A stretch of 64,000 nucleotides of DNA from Eutreptiella sp. 'Long Island Sound 2002' (taxonomy: Eukaryota; Protista; Euglenida). The notes beneath the pieces were generated by a model. The model did not search any database and was not told where the DNA came from. It saw only the letters and a program-made list of their open reading frames with translations. The first letter of the stretch is position 1. Each line of letters starts with the position of its first letter. Shown here one piece after another: positions 49,901-62,423 of the stretch. A program made the position numbers and the translations under genes. Location: contig OZ038378.1 in NCBI GenBank assembly GCA_964036045.1, positions 162,006,001-162,070,000 of the forward strand, in the 5' to 3' direction.

Positions 49901-50456
49901 GGTCAAGCCCCAGCAAGAACGCCAGCGTTTCAAGGTGCAAGCACTGAGCCAGCCGGACGCCATTGCGAACGAAGGACTCAGGGCAGTCGAAGCGGAGCTG
50001 ACCACAATGGCCTGGGCCCGCAATCAGCAGATCTGGCTCCGACTGGACCAACCACACAGCACCAGGATGCACTGTGAGATTGTGGACAATCATGGGGAAC
50101 CATTGCTGATGAGCAATCAGGAGCTCTACTCGGTGATGGTCCAAATCAACTGGACCCTGAAGACTCAGGCTCTGGCGAACATGCAGGTCCAGTGGCGACC
50201 CAAAAGTGCAGGCAAGTGGCATCCGTTCCAGTGGGAGGCGATCCTCCACTGTCCGACGGCAGAGGGACACAGGGCGGTGCCCTCCTCTGTGAGCAGAACT
50301 GGAGACTGCATGCATGTGTGGCTGGCGGGCCAAGCTGACCTCTGGAGGCTGTTCCAGAGAACGCTCTTCAGGCAGGCGGACCCGGTACCCGGGGACGTTG
50401 TGCGGTTCCTCTACACTCTGCTGAGAACACCCCCATGCGAAAGGCGATATGCCTGA
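46963..50456 (+). mobile_element. LINE ORF2 3' half: RT C-terminus, zinc-binding region, RNase H, extra downstream ORF
   Basis: DLIIFLDG, FSGLKVNLNKT, KCPVC...ETVKHAMVEC, IVYTDGSS, TNNGAEL, LTDSQY, HVNVQGNEVANGLA; isolated premature stops. Confidence 0.85.
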
Positions 50457-50512
50457 CAGGGGATGACACGCAGGGGGGAGTAGGACAGATCGGAGCAAGT
50501 GATGCGGAGAAC

Positions 50513-50750
50513 AACTCGTCGTAGCTCAGTGGGTATACCGCACCTCTTCTGTCCTGTAGAGGAGGGTTCGAACCCCGAGGGGGATAGAGATCCACCGAAC
50601 GTCCCGAAAACCCCTTTTATGCGAGAGAGAGAGAGAGAGAGAGTGGGACGCAATGGGAGAGGAACGGAGAGAAGGAGAGAGAGAGAGAGAGAGAGAGAGG
50701 GCAGGAGAGAGAGAGAGAGGGAGAGAATGGGAGAGAGACCCACAGAGCAA
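50513..50750 (+). mobile_element. tRNA-derived SINE-like element with (GA)n tail
   Basis: Box A tagctcagtgg (50522) and box B ggttcgaacccc (about 50565); no clean cloverleaf; followed by an AG microsatellite. Confidence 0.55.
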
Positions 50751-51984
50751 GAGTCAGGGGCTAACCGGCGCTGAGGGAGGGTGGTGGGTTCGAGCTGACC
50801 AGGGTGTATGGGAAGCCATGGCAGCAAAGAGCAGTTTAATGGTGAAACAACGGGACGCCCCGGAGCACGGGCGCGACACATCGTTACGTGTCGGAAAGCC
50901 CGAGCATGACAGGGGCAGCGAGAATGCGGCCCATGTGAGGGTGTTGGGTGCGAGTAGACATGGATATGTGGGCGGCCAGTGCACGCATGGTGTGGTGCTG
51001 AAAAGGTAAGCGCCACACTACAGCAATGATCTGATGAAGTGTCCAGCCACCAAAACTTTTGGTTTGGTGCAGCGTTGAGACGCCTTTGCGCCACCAAAGG
51101 CGCCTTTGCGCCCCCGAAGTTCGGAAATGACACGTCCTCACGTGCCAGAGAGCAAGAGCAAGACAGGGGCAGCATGAGCACGACCTGAAGGGCAAGGGTT
51201 AGAGACTAACCGGCAATGTGGGAGGGTGGTGGGTGCGAGCTGACCTTAGTGTACAGATGACCAAGGCCAAAGCACAGTCAGCAACCACCTGGTGTGGTAC
51301 AGAACTGGTCTGCGCTGCAGTGCAGCGAGAAAAACACTGAACAATGTGGTTATGACCATGCGCTTGTGACACGGGGGCGTATGCGAGCCCAGTATCCGTT
51401 GCCTCATGGCCCCCTACCCCCCTACCCCATCATTTCCCCCCCTTGTCTGCCCGCCTTACCACGAATACCCCCTCCCCTACCCTCTCCCCCTACCCTCCCC
51501 TCTTTACCTCCCCCCCCTGGGCCCCCTACGGCTCGCTTCGCTTAATGCGGGGGCCAGCCCTGGCACCCTCCATAAATAACAAGACTCCTGTTGTGGCCAC
51601 AGACCACCTTGTGCGTGCACGGCCTTGTGTGTGCACCACTTTGTGTATGCACGGCCTGGTGCGTGGACCACCAAACCTCCCCATGCTTTGGCTCGCTCCG
51701 CTCGTCACAGAGGCCAGCCCCCGCACCCCCCTTAAACAACAAGAATTCTGCAGTGGCCACTGACCGCTTTTTGTGCGCACCGCCTTGCATAACCCCTTGC
51801 TACATAATTTGCCGTTTGGAGGGTCCCCCTCACCCCCCATAGCCCCCCCCCCCCCCCGCCTACCCTTCACCCGAATCCCCCCTAACCTCTCTGGTGACCA
51901 GGCACCAGCATAACAACCCTCAGGATGGTAGCACACGAGCCGGAGAGCTGTGTGCAATTCCAAGTGTGAGCGAAGTGGCTCACC

Positions 51985-54900
51985 AATATTCTCCTGATAT
52001 TGGTGAGCCACTTCTGCCGTGTCGTTTGCAGCGCAATTGGTCGGAGAGAATCTGGCGTTTGCATTGCTTTTGTCTTGGGGATCATTGTCACCACTCCCGA
52101 AGTCCATGTTCCCGGCATGGTACCCGCATCGAGGAAGCGTTTCAGTGACTCATACATTTGCGGCTCGAAAATTTATGAGAACCTCTTGAAGAATTTTGCC
52201 GAGAAGCCGTCAAATCCACGGGAGCTGTTGCTGTTCAACCTCTTGAGGCCTTCATGTACTATGTCCAGGGAAAGCTGCTTGAACAGGAGTCGACCTGCCT
52301 TGCGCAGTCGCTGTTCCACTCCTAACGCCTTCAGATAGGCCACACATTCTTCCTCCGTGGCTCCCGTTGGGGTGGATACTTGATCCCAATGTTCCACCAG
52401 CTCTTTGGCCACCGCCTTTGCTCCGCGTACTGCTCTGCCTGCCCGGGACTCCAGCTGCTGGAGTTTCTTTCGCTCCTGCAGCTCCCGCATTAGCCAGTAC
52501 AATTCGTTTCTTCGCGTTCTCAGGTCCCCTGACGTGTCCCCCGACGTGATCACCCCCTTGAGCTTGGAGAGTGTTTCCATGCCCGTTCTGTCACGCTGCG
52601 CTTTTTCATATACCCCAACCACGAGGGTGTAGGCAACGATCCTGATCCAGTGGGAGGACGTACTTCTCCACTGCGTCCCGTCACAGCAAACGGGTTTCCT
52701 TCGTCACAGAAGTATCCCCCAGCATGTCTATGGGGCACGGGCTCTCTGGGATGGCTTACGTGAAGGAGCGGCGTTGTCAGTGGACTTCAGAAATGCTTTC
52801 CCCACGATGTCTCACGAGATGGTGTCGGCGGCATTGGGTCTAATGTGCATACCGTTCATGTACATCCGACTGATACTGCATCTTTTACGTGCACCGTATT
52901 TGTACTCAGTTGGTAAGGGATACGTTCCAAGGGTCTACCACCATCCGCGTGCAGGCACGCGCCAGGGAGACCCACTCTCCCCGGCACTGTTCTCCCTGGT
53001 GGCGTCCTTTGTGATTTTCCCACTACAAGACCTGGGTCCAGGACTGACTATCATGATGTATGCGGATGCCGGAGGTCGCTGCAATTCCCAGTGATGAAAG
53101 AAATTCATAGACCGCCGATGTGACGGAGTCCCTTGTGGAGACACGTAGGGGCCGTAGGGCTTGTAGTTCAACTGACTGCTTTTTGTTTTTGTGTTCCCTT
53201 TGGTAACTGACCGCCTTCGTATGGATGCAGCCCGGTGCATCTTCCCACCATTGGTCTCCCGTCGAGGTGATAGACTTGAGAGAGGTCTCCAGATCTTCCA
53301 TTGCCTCAGAGTCTTGGAGGATGGTCTCTGGGCAGTAGAATCTGGGAATTGTGCCCTCCGTTTCGAAGGATGGGGGTGTGAATTCAGCCAAGATTGCCTT
53401 GTGGTCCGAGTTGGTAGCAAACATGGGGTACACGCTAGTGGCCAAGCTCAAAAAATCAGGCGTCGTGTGTATGCGGTCAATACGGCGTAATCTCTGCGGA
53501 TCGAGCCGCTCTCCCTCTCGAGGGTAGCCGTATGTGAAGCCCGTTGGGCACGATGACTCTTTGTCCTTGATATCCGTTAGAGTTGGACAATGGATGTCCA
53601 CCCAAACGCTCTGCAGCCCGCTCTGGCCAAGGCTGTGGCCTCCTGTTCTCGGGCACGTAAAGACGTGTCATGCTCAAACTCTTGGGGCGCAAAGGCGTCC
53701 CTGTGTTTCACCACTAGACTATTGTGATCAGCACATAAAATCAGGTTCGGTCCATGTAACTCCTTGGCGATGTCTTTCCATTGCAACTGTCGTCGCATGT
53801 GCTTGTGATGGAAGTGGGCCACCACTAAAGTGATCTCCAGTGGACCACTCAACAGTGAGGCTTTCAGCGTCCTGGGAGACAAGAACTTCATTGATTGCAA
53901 CGTCCACTTGGATGTTTTCCACGCCAGTGCCACTCCTCCCCGTCCTTCTTCATGACGTGGTCCGTCCAGGCCATACCCGTACTAAGATAAGCATTGCATG
54001 CCCGCCTGACGATCCTCCACCGTGACGAAGTGGGGCTCTTGGATGGCGAAGAAATCCACCTCCAGGGACCGAAGCACTGACCCTAGGGCCACTATGCGTG
54101 TTTGCTTACGCTTTCTCATGGTTATTTTTGTTTGAAATCCATTGATATTTTGGGACAATACTCTGAGCGTGCTGCTCAGAGGGATGCTTGATGCAGACGT
54201 CATCGTGCTACTCCATTGGACGACGAAGCCTCATCCTCCTTCAAGTCCCGCTTGCGTTTGAGGGAGCTGATGACCTTGTCGACTTGGTCGTCCAACTCCA
54301 TGGTCTTGGCCATTTCACCTGCCGTGATTAAGCCTTGCCTGCGTGTCTTTGTGACATCTGTGTTCCTGGGCCGGTCCGTGATACACTTTTTTCGCGCCTT
54401 ATAGTCCGCCTCGGAGATCACAAACATTGGAGGCATTCCAAAATCCGACAAGTAGACTTTCCCAATCAGCTGTGACACACTTTCCCCGGTCAGCCGCCGT
54501 GTGGCCGTGCGCATCTCCCCAACACTCCACCTGACACAGTCCGCGATATACCGGCACTGTACCGAAGGAGCAAGGTCCTCAGTCATATCCGAGAGATACC
54601 ACCAAGGTGCCACATCCTAGATGTACACTGTGCCCACCAATTCCTTCTTCCACGCCGAGGGAACAGCGGGCTTGGGGATTATGTCTCTGTCGAGGAACTG
54701 TCCTGTCTTTAGGTCCTTGAAGACAGCCCCGATGGCAGCCACCAGTTCACGATACCTTGTCTTCAACAGCGAGTGCCCGGTTTCTGTGAGACGCAGCAGT
54801 AGCTTACTTGGGCCCAACACATGGATTTTCACTGGCGATTGCGCTTGCAAGACGCCCGGGGTCGTCCAAAACATTGCGAGAACTGAGGCATACAGCATGG

Positions 54901-55900
54901 GCGACCATGTTTCCTTGTGTGTCTTCTTTATCCAGACCTCATAGACAGCAGACATGTTTGTTAAGTTGGCCCCATGATACCAGTCCACTGGCTGGATCTG
55001 GAACCTTGGCTTGGATCCGAATTGTGATACCGCGGTATTCACTTGTTCCTCATTCAATTCTGTGAAGAACAACTTCGAGTTTCGTGGGTCCGTTCCCGGA
55101 AGGAGATGGACTTCATCAGCGTTCAAACCGATAGACCCCAGCAGCCCATTGATCAGGTCATTGTGGACCTGGATGGCGTACTGATTGTCCCGCACATCTG
55201 GTTCATGGAACACCACCTTGTCAACCTCTGCCCCAGGTGTCATAAGCCGCAGGAGCTTGTACGTTGGGGGCGGCGATAGGTTCCTGGAGTCCCTTGTGCT
55301 GCTCGCAACCCAGACATCAAATCGACCATGTGTGCGTATGTGCATGAGGGACCTGTCTGCCATTTGCAGCTTGTCGCACCCGAAAGGCAAGTTGGAGTTG
55401 AGGGCGAGTGCCCGATTGAGAAACGATGGCTTGTCATCATCGTCGCTGACAGGTTCAAGCAGGATGGCGACAAAGCGGCCCAACATGGGCAGATCAGCAA
55501 GCAGCCTCTTAATTGCATTTTGAATTTTTTCATACTCAGTCATTTCCCCAACGAGCACAACGTTGGGGCGACTGCCGTAAAGGACGGCAGCTAGTTTTTC
55601 GGACGAGTCGCAGTCCTTGAAGAAGTCGTACGACAAGGAGGCAGCCTTTGGAACTCCACTCTTCAGCACCACTTCGTCCTGGATGATGTAATCTGCGTCA
55701 TCGATGGCTGCCAAACACGCCAATTGGCCGGCGTCGGCAGGGAGGATGACCTCATCGCCTGGTGTGGCCAGACGGGCTTGGGTGTCCCGGACACTCATGC
55801 GGTCAGGGGACAGGGAGGTAACGTCAAGGGCAGGTTGTCAAGGCCCAGCAGCCCAGGCAAGCATGGACAAAAAGACACCGAAAAAAAATTGACACTCAGA
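51985..55900 (-). mobile_element. LINE 5' half: ORF1 (54200-55798), APE (53070-54203), RT N-terminus (51985-52636), plus an inverted RT core at 52637-53068 (+)
   Basis: Minus strand: VLSQNING, AIQEPH, CADHNS, RIDRI, SDHKA, SRGFDGF, LRPIALQ. Plus strand: QQTGF, VDFRNAF, GTRQGDPLSP, MMYAD. Confidence 0.85.
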
Positions 55901-58900
55901 AAGGGGGTAGGGGGGTGAGGGGGGGATAGGGGGGGGTAGGGGGTAGGGGGGGCGACTTCCTGCAAACTATCTTGCCCGTAGTGTGGAACACACCATAACT
56001 GCATACCATGTGCCAATTTATAACTCAATAGGCTCTGATGTATTGACTCCGGGCTTATTAGAAACGGAGTCCTCTCCAATGTCCATTTAGCCCTCCCAAC
56101 AAGCCGTAAATATAGATTGGCCCAAAGCTTTTCGGCCAGTGGCTAGTACAAAAGAAGTTTTGGTGTAAAATTTCCTTTTCAACCCTTTGGCAAGAAATTG
56201 CGCAAAATCTACTATTCTTGCTTCATGCCTCCTTCCTACCCTTTCACCGACTGTTTCGTAACAGACAATTTGTTGATTCATGTATGTGAGAAGGCACGTA
56301 ACTTCAACCATGCCATTGCTAGGGTACAATCCTATGTGTGTGGTCATGTGGTGCGAGGCTTGTGGTGCACATCCACAACTTGGGACCTCTTTGGACTCTT
56401 TCCCCCCTTTCATAAGCACGCACTATGGCTGCGCAACTACAACATGCAGCCCAAATGATGTGCAACAAGGTCGACACTTTATCCAAAAAAACAATGAAAA
56501 CCCAGGCAACAACACAAAGGCCATGGGATGTTTCAACCCGGAAGCTTTGCAAACACATGTAATGTTGTCACATAGTGAGATGAGCAAGTACATCCTTGAG
56601 ATTACCCCCCCCCCCTTGTATAAGCTACGCCAATGTACGGAATTATTACGGTCCCTACGCCCAGTGTAGCTTGGACAAGGGCGTAGCTTGCGCGAAACAC
56701 ATCCAGCTACCGACACAAACGTTCGCGCGCGTGTGGTATGGGTGCACCTTGACCTCTGCCCACATTTCCAAGTGTATGCAAACACAAGACAGCCTTGGGA
56801 ACATGAAAATTTCAGGTTCACACCCATGTTAGCACAAGCAATGAAGAATGCGAAGCCTACAAATATTCGGCTTGGAAACCCTTCTTGCGACCATACACCA
56901 TGCGGAACAATTGCACATGCTCACCACTTGAAGATGCCTTTGGCTGAGGCTCAGGGACTGGTTGGGGCTCGAACAACTTCAGATTCTTGGGAATGAGCTT
57001 GCCTTGCATGTGGCATGTCGCATGTGTCCATGGCTCCATGTAATTGGCAAATGTGACGACAAACCCATGTCTTATGTGGCCGCACTACACTTTGTACGTA
57101 ATTAAAATTACGTACACAATTATTACGGTCCCTACGCCTACTGAAGCTTGGACAAGGGCGTAGCTGATTCAAGGGGGGGGGGGGTACGAAGGGAGTGATA
57201 CATTGTACTGCTTGCTCCATCTCTAGAAACAACTTCAGCAAGACTTGCCTTGTGGGAAGTGTAAGCTGCTGATTTTCCTTTTTTGTCATCAATCTTTTTT
57301 TTGTCCACCGCCTTCCATGTGCATGCCATGTCGAGAGGGCCTTCAGTTTGTTGGGACACAACCAAACACATGATCGTCTTAATATGTGGAGTGAGACGTT
57401 GCGCCATTTGACAATCATGTATGTCAATAGAATGGACAAAAAGCGGAAATGTGAGGAGGAGGAGTAGCAACAAGACCACCCATGAAGTCATTCGGTTGCG
57501 TTCATGTTTGCACGGTGTTGGGAGATGCACTTCTTTGTGTTTCGTTCTGGGTTTTGCCACCTTTAGAGCTTTTGGAAAATTAGGGTACCTCCCACCTACG
57601 GCTTGAAGCATGCCGCCGCACGCCGCGGGACAGCAAATTTCTCTAGTGGACCGTTGGTGCCAGTTGAGGACGCTGCACACACGTCGCTGGTGTGCATTTA
57701 CTGTTGATGCGTTGCGCCGCATGAAGCGGTGCTATGTGATTGTGGTGATCGAATTGCTTTAAGTTCCATTGAGTAGGGCAACAAATAAGGAGCAAAGAGA
57801 CGCACGGATGAAGTTTTCTTGTGTGCTCTTTTTTTCATGCTGGATGTAGTAAAAGCCTACGCTCTGATATTGCGGGCATTCCAAATTACCTGGCGATGTG
57901 AAGAAATACTACAGTGGTGTCTAGACCACACATACACTAATAAATAGCATGCATCCAAGGATGCACAAATTAAACAGTGTTGTGCATATCACAACCGAGA
58001 ATAAACAGCATGCGTCCACAGACGGAAAAAAAGAACGCTGATGTCCAAGGCACAAGCTCATTCACACATGCAGGCTTCCTTGCAGCACACCAAGTACAAA
58101 CATCCGTGGTGCAGGCGGCATACAGAAATGACAGGCGGCATACAGAAATGATAGCCCTGACATTCAACAGTGAGGCATGCCACCTCGTCTCCACAAGCAC
58201 GTAGGCCATTTGCACTATTTTTGGCCATTTCACCACAGACAAAGAAACGTTTATTCGACAGCTATATACTTTCCGACCCCCTCCAACCATCACCAACCCC
58301 ACTACCAGAAGCGCTTTGCGGGGCGGGTTAGGAGTCCCTAGCCCCGCTATTTTGGGGTTGGGCATTTAAAAAAAAATAGGTTTCAGAGATGGTTGGAACA
58401 GTGAGCTGTACAAGGGGATGATTGTGAAAAAATGGGGCATGCCATCACTGGTGATAGGATCCCACCGAGAGTTCCAAAAATAGCCACGACAACCTCAAAA
58501 TAGCCCATCCCTACCCTTCAACCCCCCCATACCATGGAAGTTGGAAACATGCTCCTTCCACTGGTTCTTTTTCATCGGTCAAAATCAGTTTTAGGGCTGA
58601 ATAATGGCTTATGTAGACAATTTCATCCCTAAATTGCCCATTTTGAGCAGTCTGGGAAGGAATCTGTCATCAGTGATGTCATGCCCTATCTTCAGCCCAT
58701 CCAAACCCGTAGCAGCCCCCAACACTCAGCCCCACCCATCCAAATACTGTCAAAAACATGTGAGTCCCCCACCCTCAAAAAAGGGGGGGGGGCTTACTTC
58801 ACATTCAACACCCACACTACAATGGGGCTGGTGGGGTGGGGGGCGCAAAGTGTATAATTGACAATTGGTAATGTAGTCGGAAATGAAAACTGCACAACAA

Positions 58901-59269
58901 ACATCAGGTAGACAGATAGGCACAAGCAAAATGCCTTAACCAGCGCCTTTGGCGCTAACCCAAAGTCTCCCACAATGGCCGACCCTATGGGGGAAGGAGG
59001 GGGGGGGTTGGAAACCCACCCACCCAGAGATTCTGACAAACCCACCCACCCCCCCCTACCCCCGTAGGGTAGGAAACACACTAAGAAAACCCTGCTCCAA
59101 TGGAATGGTGCCACCTAGACAGAGTATGATTGGGAAGACGTACGCATGGTTACAGTTGGAAACTTGCACTAGTGGTTGGGTGAGTGCTTGGATGGGTGTG
59201 CCAGTGGGGTCCAGCCCCCCCTCCCATAGGGCTAGGACAGTAGTGGTTTACCATCCCCCCCGGTGCAAT

Positions 59270-60050
59270 ACCATGCTGTGCCCCTGCGCAGCCCTGCACG
59301 GCGCCCCAGTGCAATCCCACACTGCACCTGCACTGCGCTAATGCGCAGCCCCACAGAGCGCCCTTGCGCAATCCCACGATGTGCCCCTGTGCAACCTCAC
59401 ACTGCACCCTTGCGTAGCCCCGCACTACGCCCCTCCGCAGCCCCACACTGCACCCCTGCACAGCCCCGCACTGCGCCCCTGCGCAGCCCTACACTGCGCC
59501 CTTGCGCAGCCCTGCACGGCGCCCCAGTGCAATCCCAGGCTGCGCCCCTGCACAGCCCCGCACTGCGCCCTTAAACAGCCCCGCACTACGCCTCTGTGCA
59601 GACCCGCACTGCGCCCCTGCGCAGCCCCGCACAGCGCCCATGCGCAGTCCCGCACAGCGCCCTTGCGCAGCCCCACACTGCGCCCTTGCGCAGCCCTGCA
59701 CTGCGCCTCTACGCAGCCCCACACGGCGCCCCAGTGCAGTCCCAGGCTGCGCCCCTGCGCAGCCCCGCATTACGCCCCTGCGCAGCCCCGCACTGCGCCC
59801 CTGCTGAATCCCGCGCTGGGCCTCTGCTCAGCCCCACACTGCACCCCTGTGCAATCCCACACTGCACCCCTGCGCAGTCCCGCACTGCGCCCCTACACAG
59901 CCCCACACTGCGCCCTTGCGCAGCCCTGCACAGCGCCCCTATGCAATCCCACACTGCGCCCTTGCGCAGCCTCGTACTGCGCCTCTGCGCAGCCCCACAC
60001 GGCGCCCCAGTCCAGTCCCAGGCTGCGCCCTTGCGCAGCCCCGCTTCCCA
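59270..60050. repeat. GC-rich minisatellite with an approximately 20-bp degenerate unit
   Basis: Reiterated cccctgcgcagccccgcactgcg variants. Confidence 0.9.
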
Positions 60051-60269
60051 CCCCATGCCAAGCAGTGAGGTTTATGGAAGGTCATGGACCAGAGCCAAAA
60101 GCAGAAGCTGCTCAACCAACTTGGTGCTAATGCACAACCGCTGGGGCACAAAACAAGCAGGTGAATTCCTACAATGACTTGACAAAAAGATGGAAAACCG
60201 TACCCTGGACCCTGGACCCCGTACATTCCGGCCATTGTCATTTCAACAAAGCTGCTGACTTTTTGTAAT

Positions 60270-61950
60270 TTACGTGCAAACCTGAGTATGTGGAAAACGC
60301 TCTGACAGAACCCAGACCAATAGAAAAATGTATACAGCGTTCTCTGGCTCCCCTGTAACAACGATAAGAAGATCATCAGCATACAAGAGTACCTGCACAT
60401 TGTCAGAGATAGACATAAGTTTTTGAGCCAATGGTGAAATGAGCATGGCAAAGATGGAGGGCGACACGGGGCAGCCCTGCCGGACTCCTGAGGCAGGAGA
60501 GAATCTGTGATGGGGCATAATAACGCCCCTAACAAGCAGGCAGATCGGAGTAGTGAAAAGCTCCATCAGCAAATCAATGATCGGAGGAGGAATGCCCATG
60601 TCCATAAAAAACATCTTGGCAAAAACATGCGAAACAGAATCAAATGCTTTACTAAAATCGACCGGGCAGAAAATGCCCTGGGGGGTCGCAGACCATGTGC
60701 CGAAGGCCTGCCAAAGATTATCGAAGATATAGCGGCCTTTGATAAAGCCCCTTTGTTGAATAGGGGTAACTGCCGACACAAAGTCCTGAAGCTGAAGCGA
60801 AACAATAGAGGCAACCCACTTGTTGTTAAAATGTTGTAAGACTAGAGGTCTCAGATCCTGAGCGCTGGGCAGACCCGCTGTTTTAGGGATGGGATTGAGT
60901 AAAGCAAGGGACCAGGTCTCCGGCAGAGATGGCGAGACCAACAGATTCTGATAAATCTGAAACATTAGCGGGACAAAATACTCAGAAAATCGTTTGTAAA
61001 CTGCTCCCGTGAAGCCGTCAATTCCTGGGGACGACGTGGCGCTGAGCGAGTCCAACGCAGCGTGGACCAGATCAATCGATGCAGGTCTAATTAGTAACTT
61101 GGCCATGTCTGCTAAAGGCTTGTCCCTGAAGAAACAGCGTAAATACTCTGAAACCTGCGGGGAGGAGAGTCCGGTGGACGACATCGTGTCAGACCAAAAC
61201 CCCAGGAGCTCTTTAGCGATTGCTTCAGGGTCCGGGAGGGCCCGTCCCATCTTTGTCCGTAAGGTATGGAGCTGTCTTTTCACCTGGAGCTGGCGTATCA
61301 AGCGCCAGACTTCTTGTTTCCGACGCCAGGGTTGGGAGGACCACAGGTCGGTTAAAGTGGTTTTTAACTTGTCCAGCACCAGCTGGCCGGTGCGGTCTGA
61401 TTCTGATTGTTCTGCAAGTGCCGTCAAGACACGATACGCTGTGTGTGGGTCCGAGACATCATATCCTTTGGACTGCAAAAATTCCTCGGTGCCTGGAGCC
61501 ATGGAGTGAATCGTGGACTCCCTCATCAGAACCTGGATTTCAATAAAACCTGTACTGCGATGTGCTTTCTCATATGTGAGTGCCGCGCGTTGAATTAATG
61601 TCATAGAATCAGCCCACTGGGCAAAACCCGTGGTGGGAATGTGCTGTAGCTGTGAAGCAATGTCGTTCACCGTATCATCACATTCAAGAAACGATGTTGG
61701 GCACCTGCTATGACGTTGGTGGCTGTCGGTAGATGCACGTAAAGACAATACAACAGCTTTATGGTCAGATGAGGCAAGGAAACATGGAAAACATTCACAC
61801 ACAGAAGACATAAATGCGGAGGGAATCATAACGCGGTCAATCCGACGTTGTCTGTCTATACTTGTGTCCGACAGGTCGAACTCGTGTTGCTCGGTATCAT
61901 GGGCCGGTGTACCACTGGGTTGCGCCGGTGGGAAACCCCACGTCCAGCCA
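60270..61950 (-). mobile_element. Truncated LINE ORF2 (APE C-terminus + RT)
   Basis: Open frame of more than 550 codons with RIDRV, SDHKA, SPGIDGF, LRPLVL, QQRGF, VDFSKAFDSV, GVRQGCPVSP, LYADDL. Confidence 0.9.
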
Positions 61951-62209
61951 GCAAGGGGGAAATCGTCAGTGCGGTCGGCATGCAGAGATGGGGGTGGGGG
62001 GCGGACAGTCATCAAGTGACGGTTCCCCCCCTGGGGGGCATTGCACCACAAAACGGCACCATAGTATCACAGTGTAAATCAGCTTCGGTGCCTTCGGCGC
62101 CTTGTAAAAAATTTCTTCCACGCCTTTGGGGCCTAAGGATTTTCTATGCTTTTTGGGCCAGGTGACGGTTCCCCCCCTGCCCAGCGCATGTTGTGTGCGC
62201 CCCCGAGGC

Positions 62210-62423
62210 ACCTGCACGGGACGTCCTCGACCTCCTCGCCTCGACCCTCCCGCATGAGACGGTCGTCCTCCTCGCCAACCCGTCCTCCCTGGACACCGTG
62301 CAGGTCGGCCGTGCCGAACCGCTACACGTCCGCCAGCTCCTCCCAGACGTTGTCGTGGCGACCACGCCGGGCGCCCCGCTGGACACGTCCACCTGGGAGC
62401 CCCCTCCCGCCATACCTGAGTGA
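62210..62423 (+). other. Orphan coding-like segment with strong GC3 bias (possible exon or remnant)
   Basis: GAC GTC CTC GAC CTC CTC GCC... gives DVLDLLASTLPHETVVLLANPSSLDTVQ. Possible acceptor cccccgag and donor CAG|GTCGGC. No recognisable family. Confidence 0.3.

Noticed and set aside
50513-50585. Functional tRNA gene
   Set aside because: Incomplete acceptor stem, oversized anticodon loop and a (GA)n tail; better explained as a SINE head.
51025-51065. Hammerhead ribozyme (ctgatga + short stem)
   Set aside because: The required GAAA after stem II is absent (caaaac) and I could not find stems I or III.
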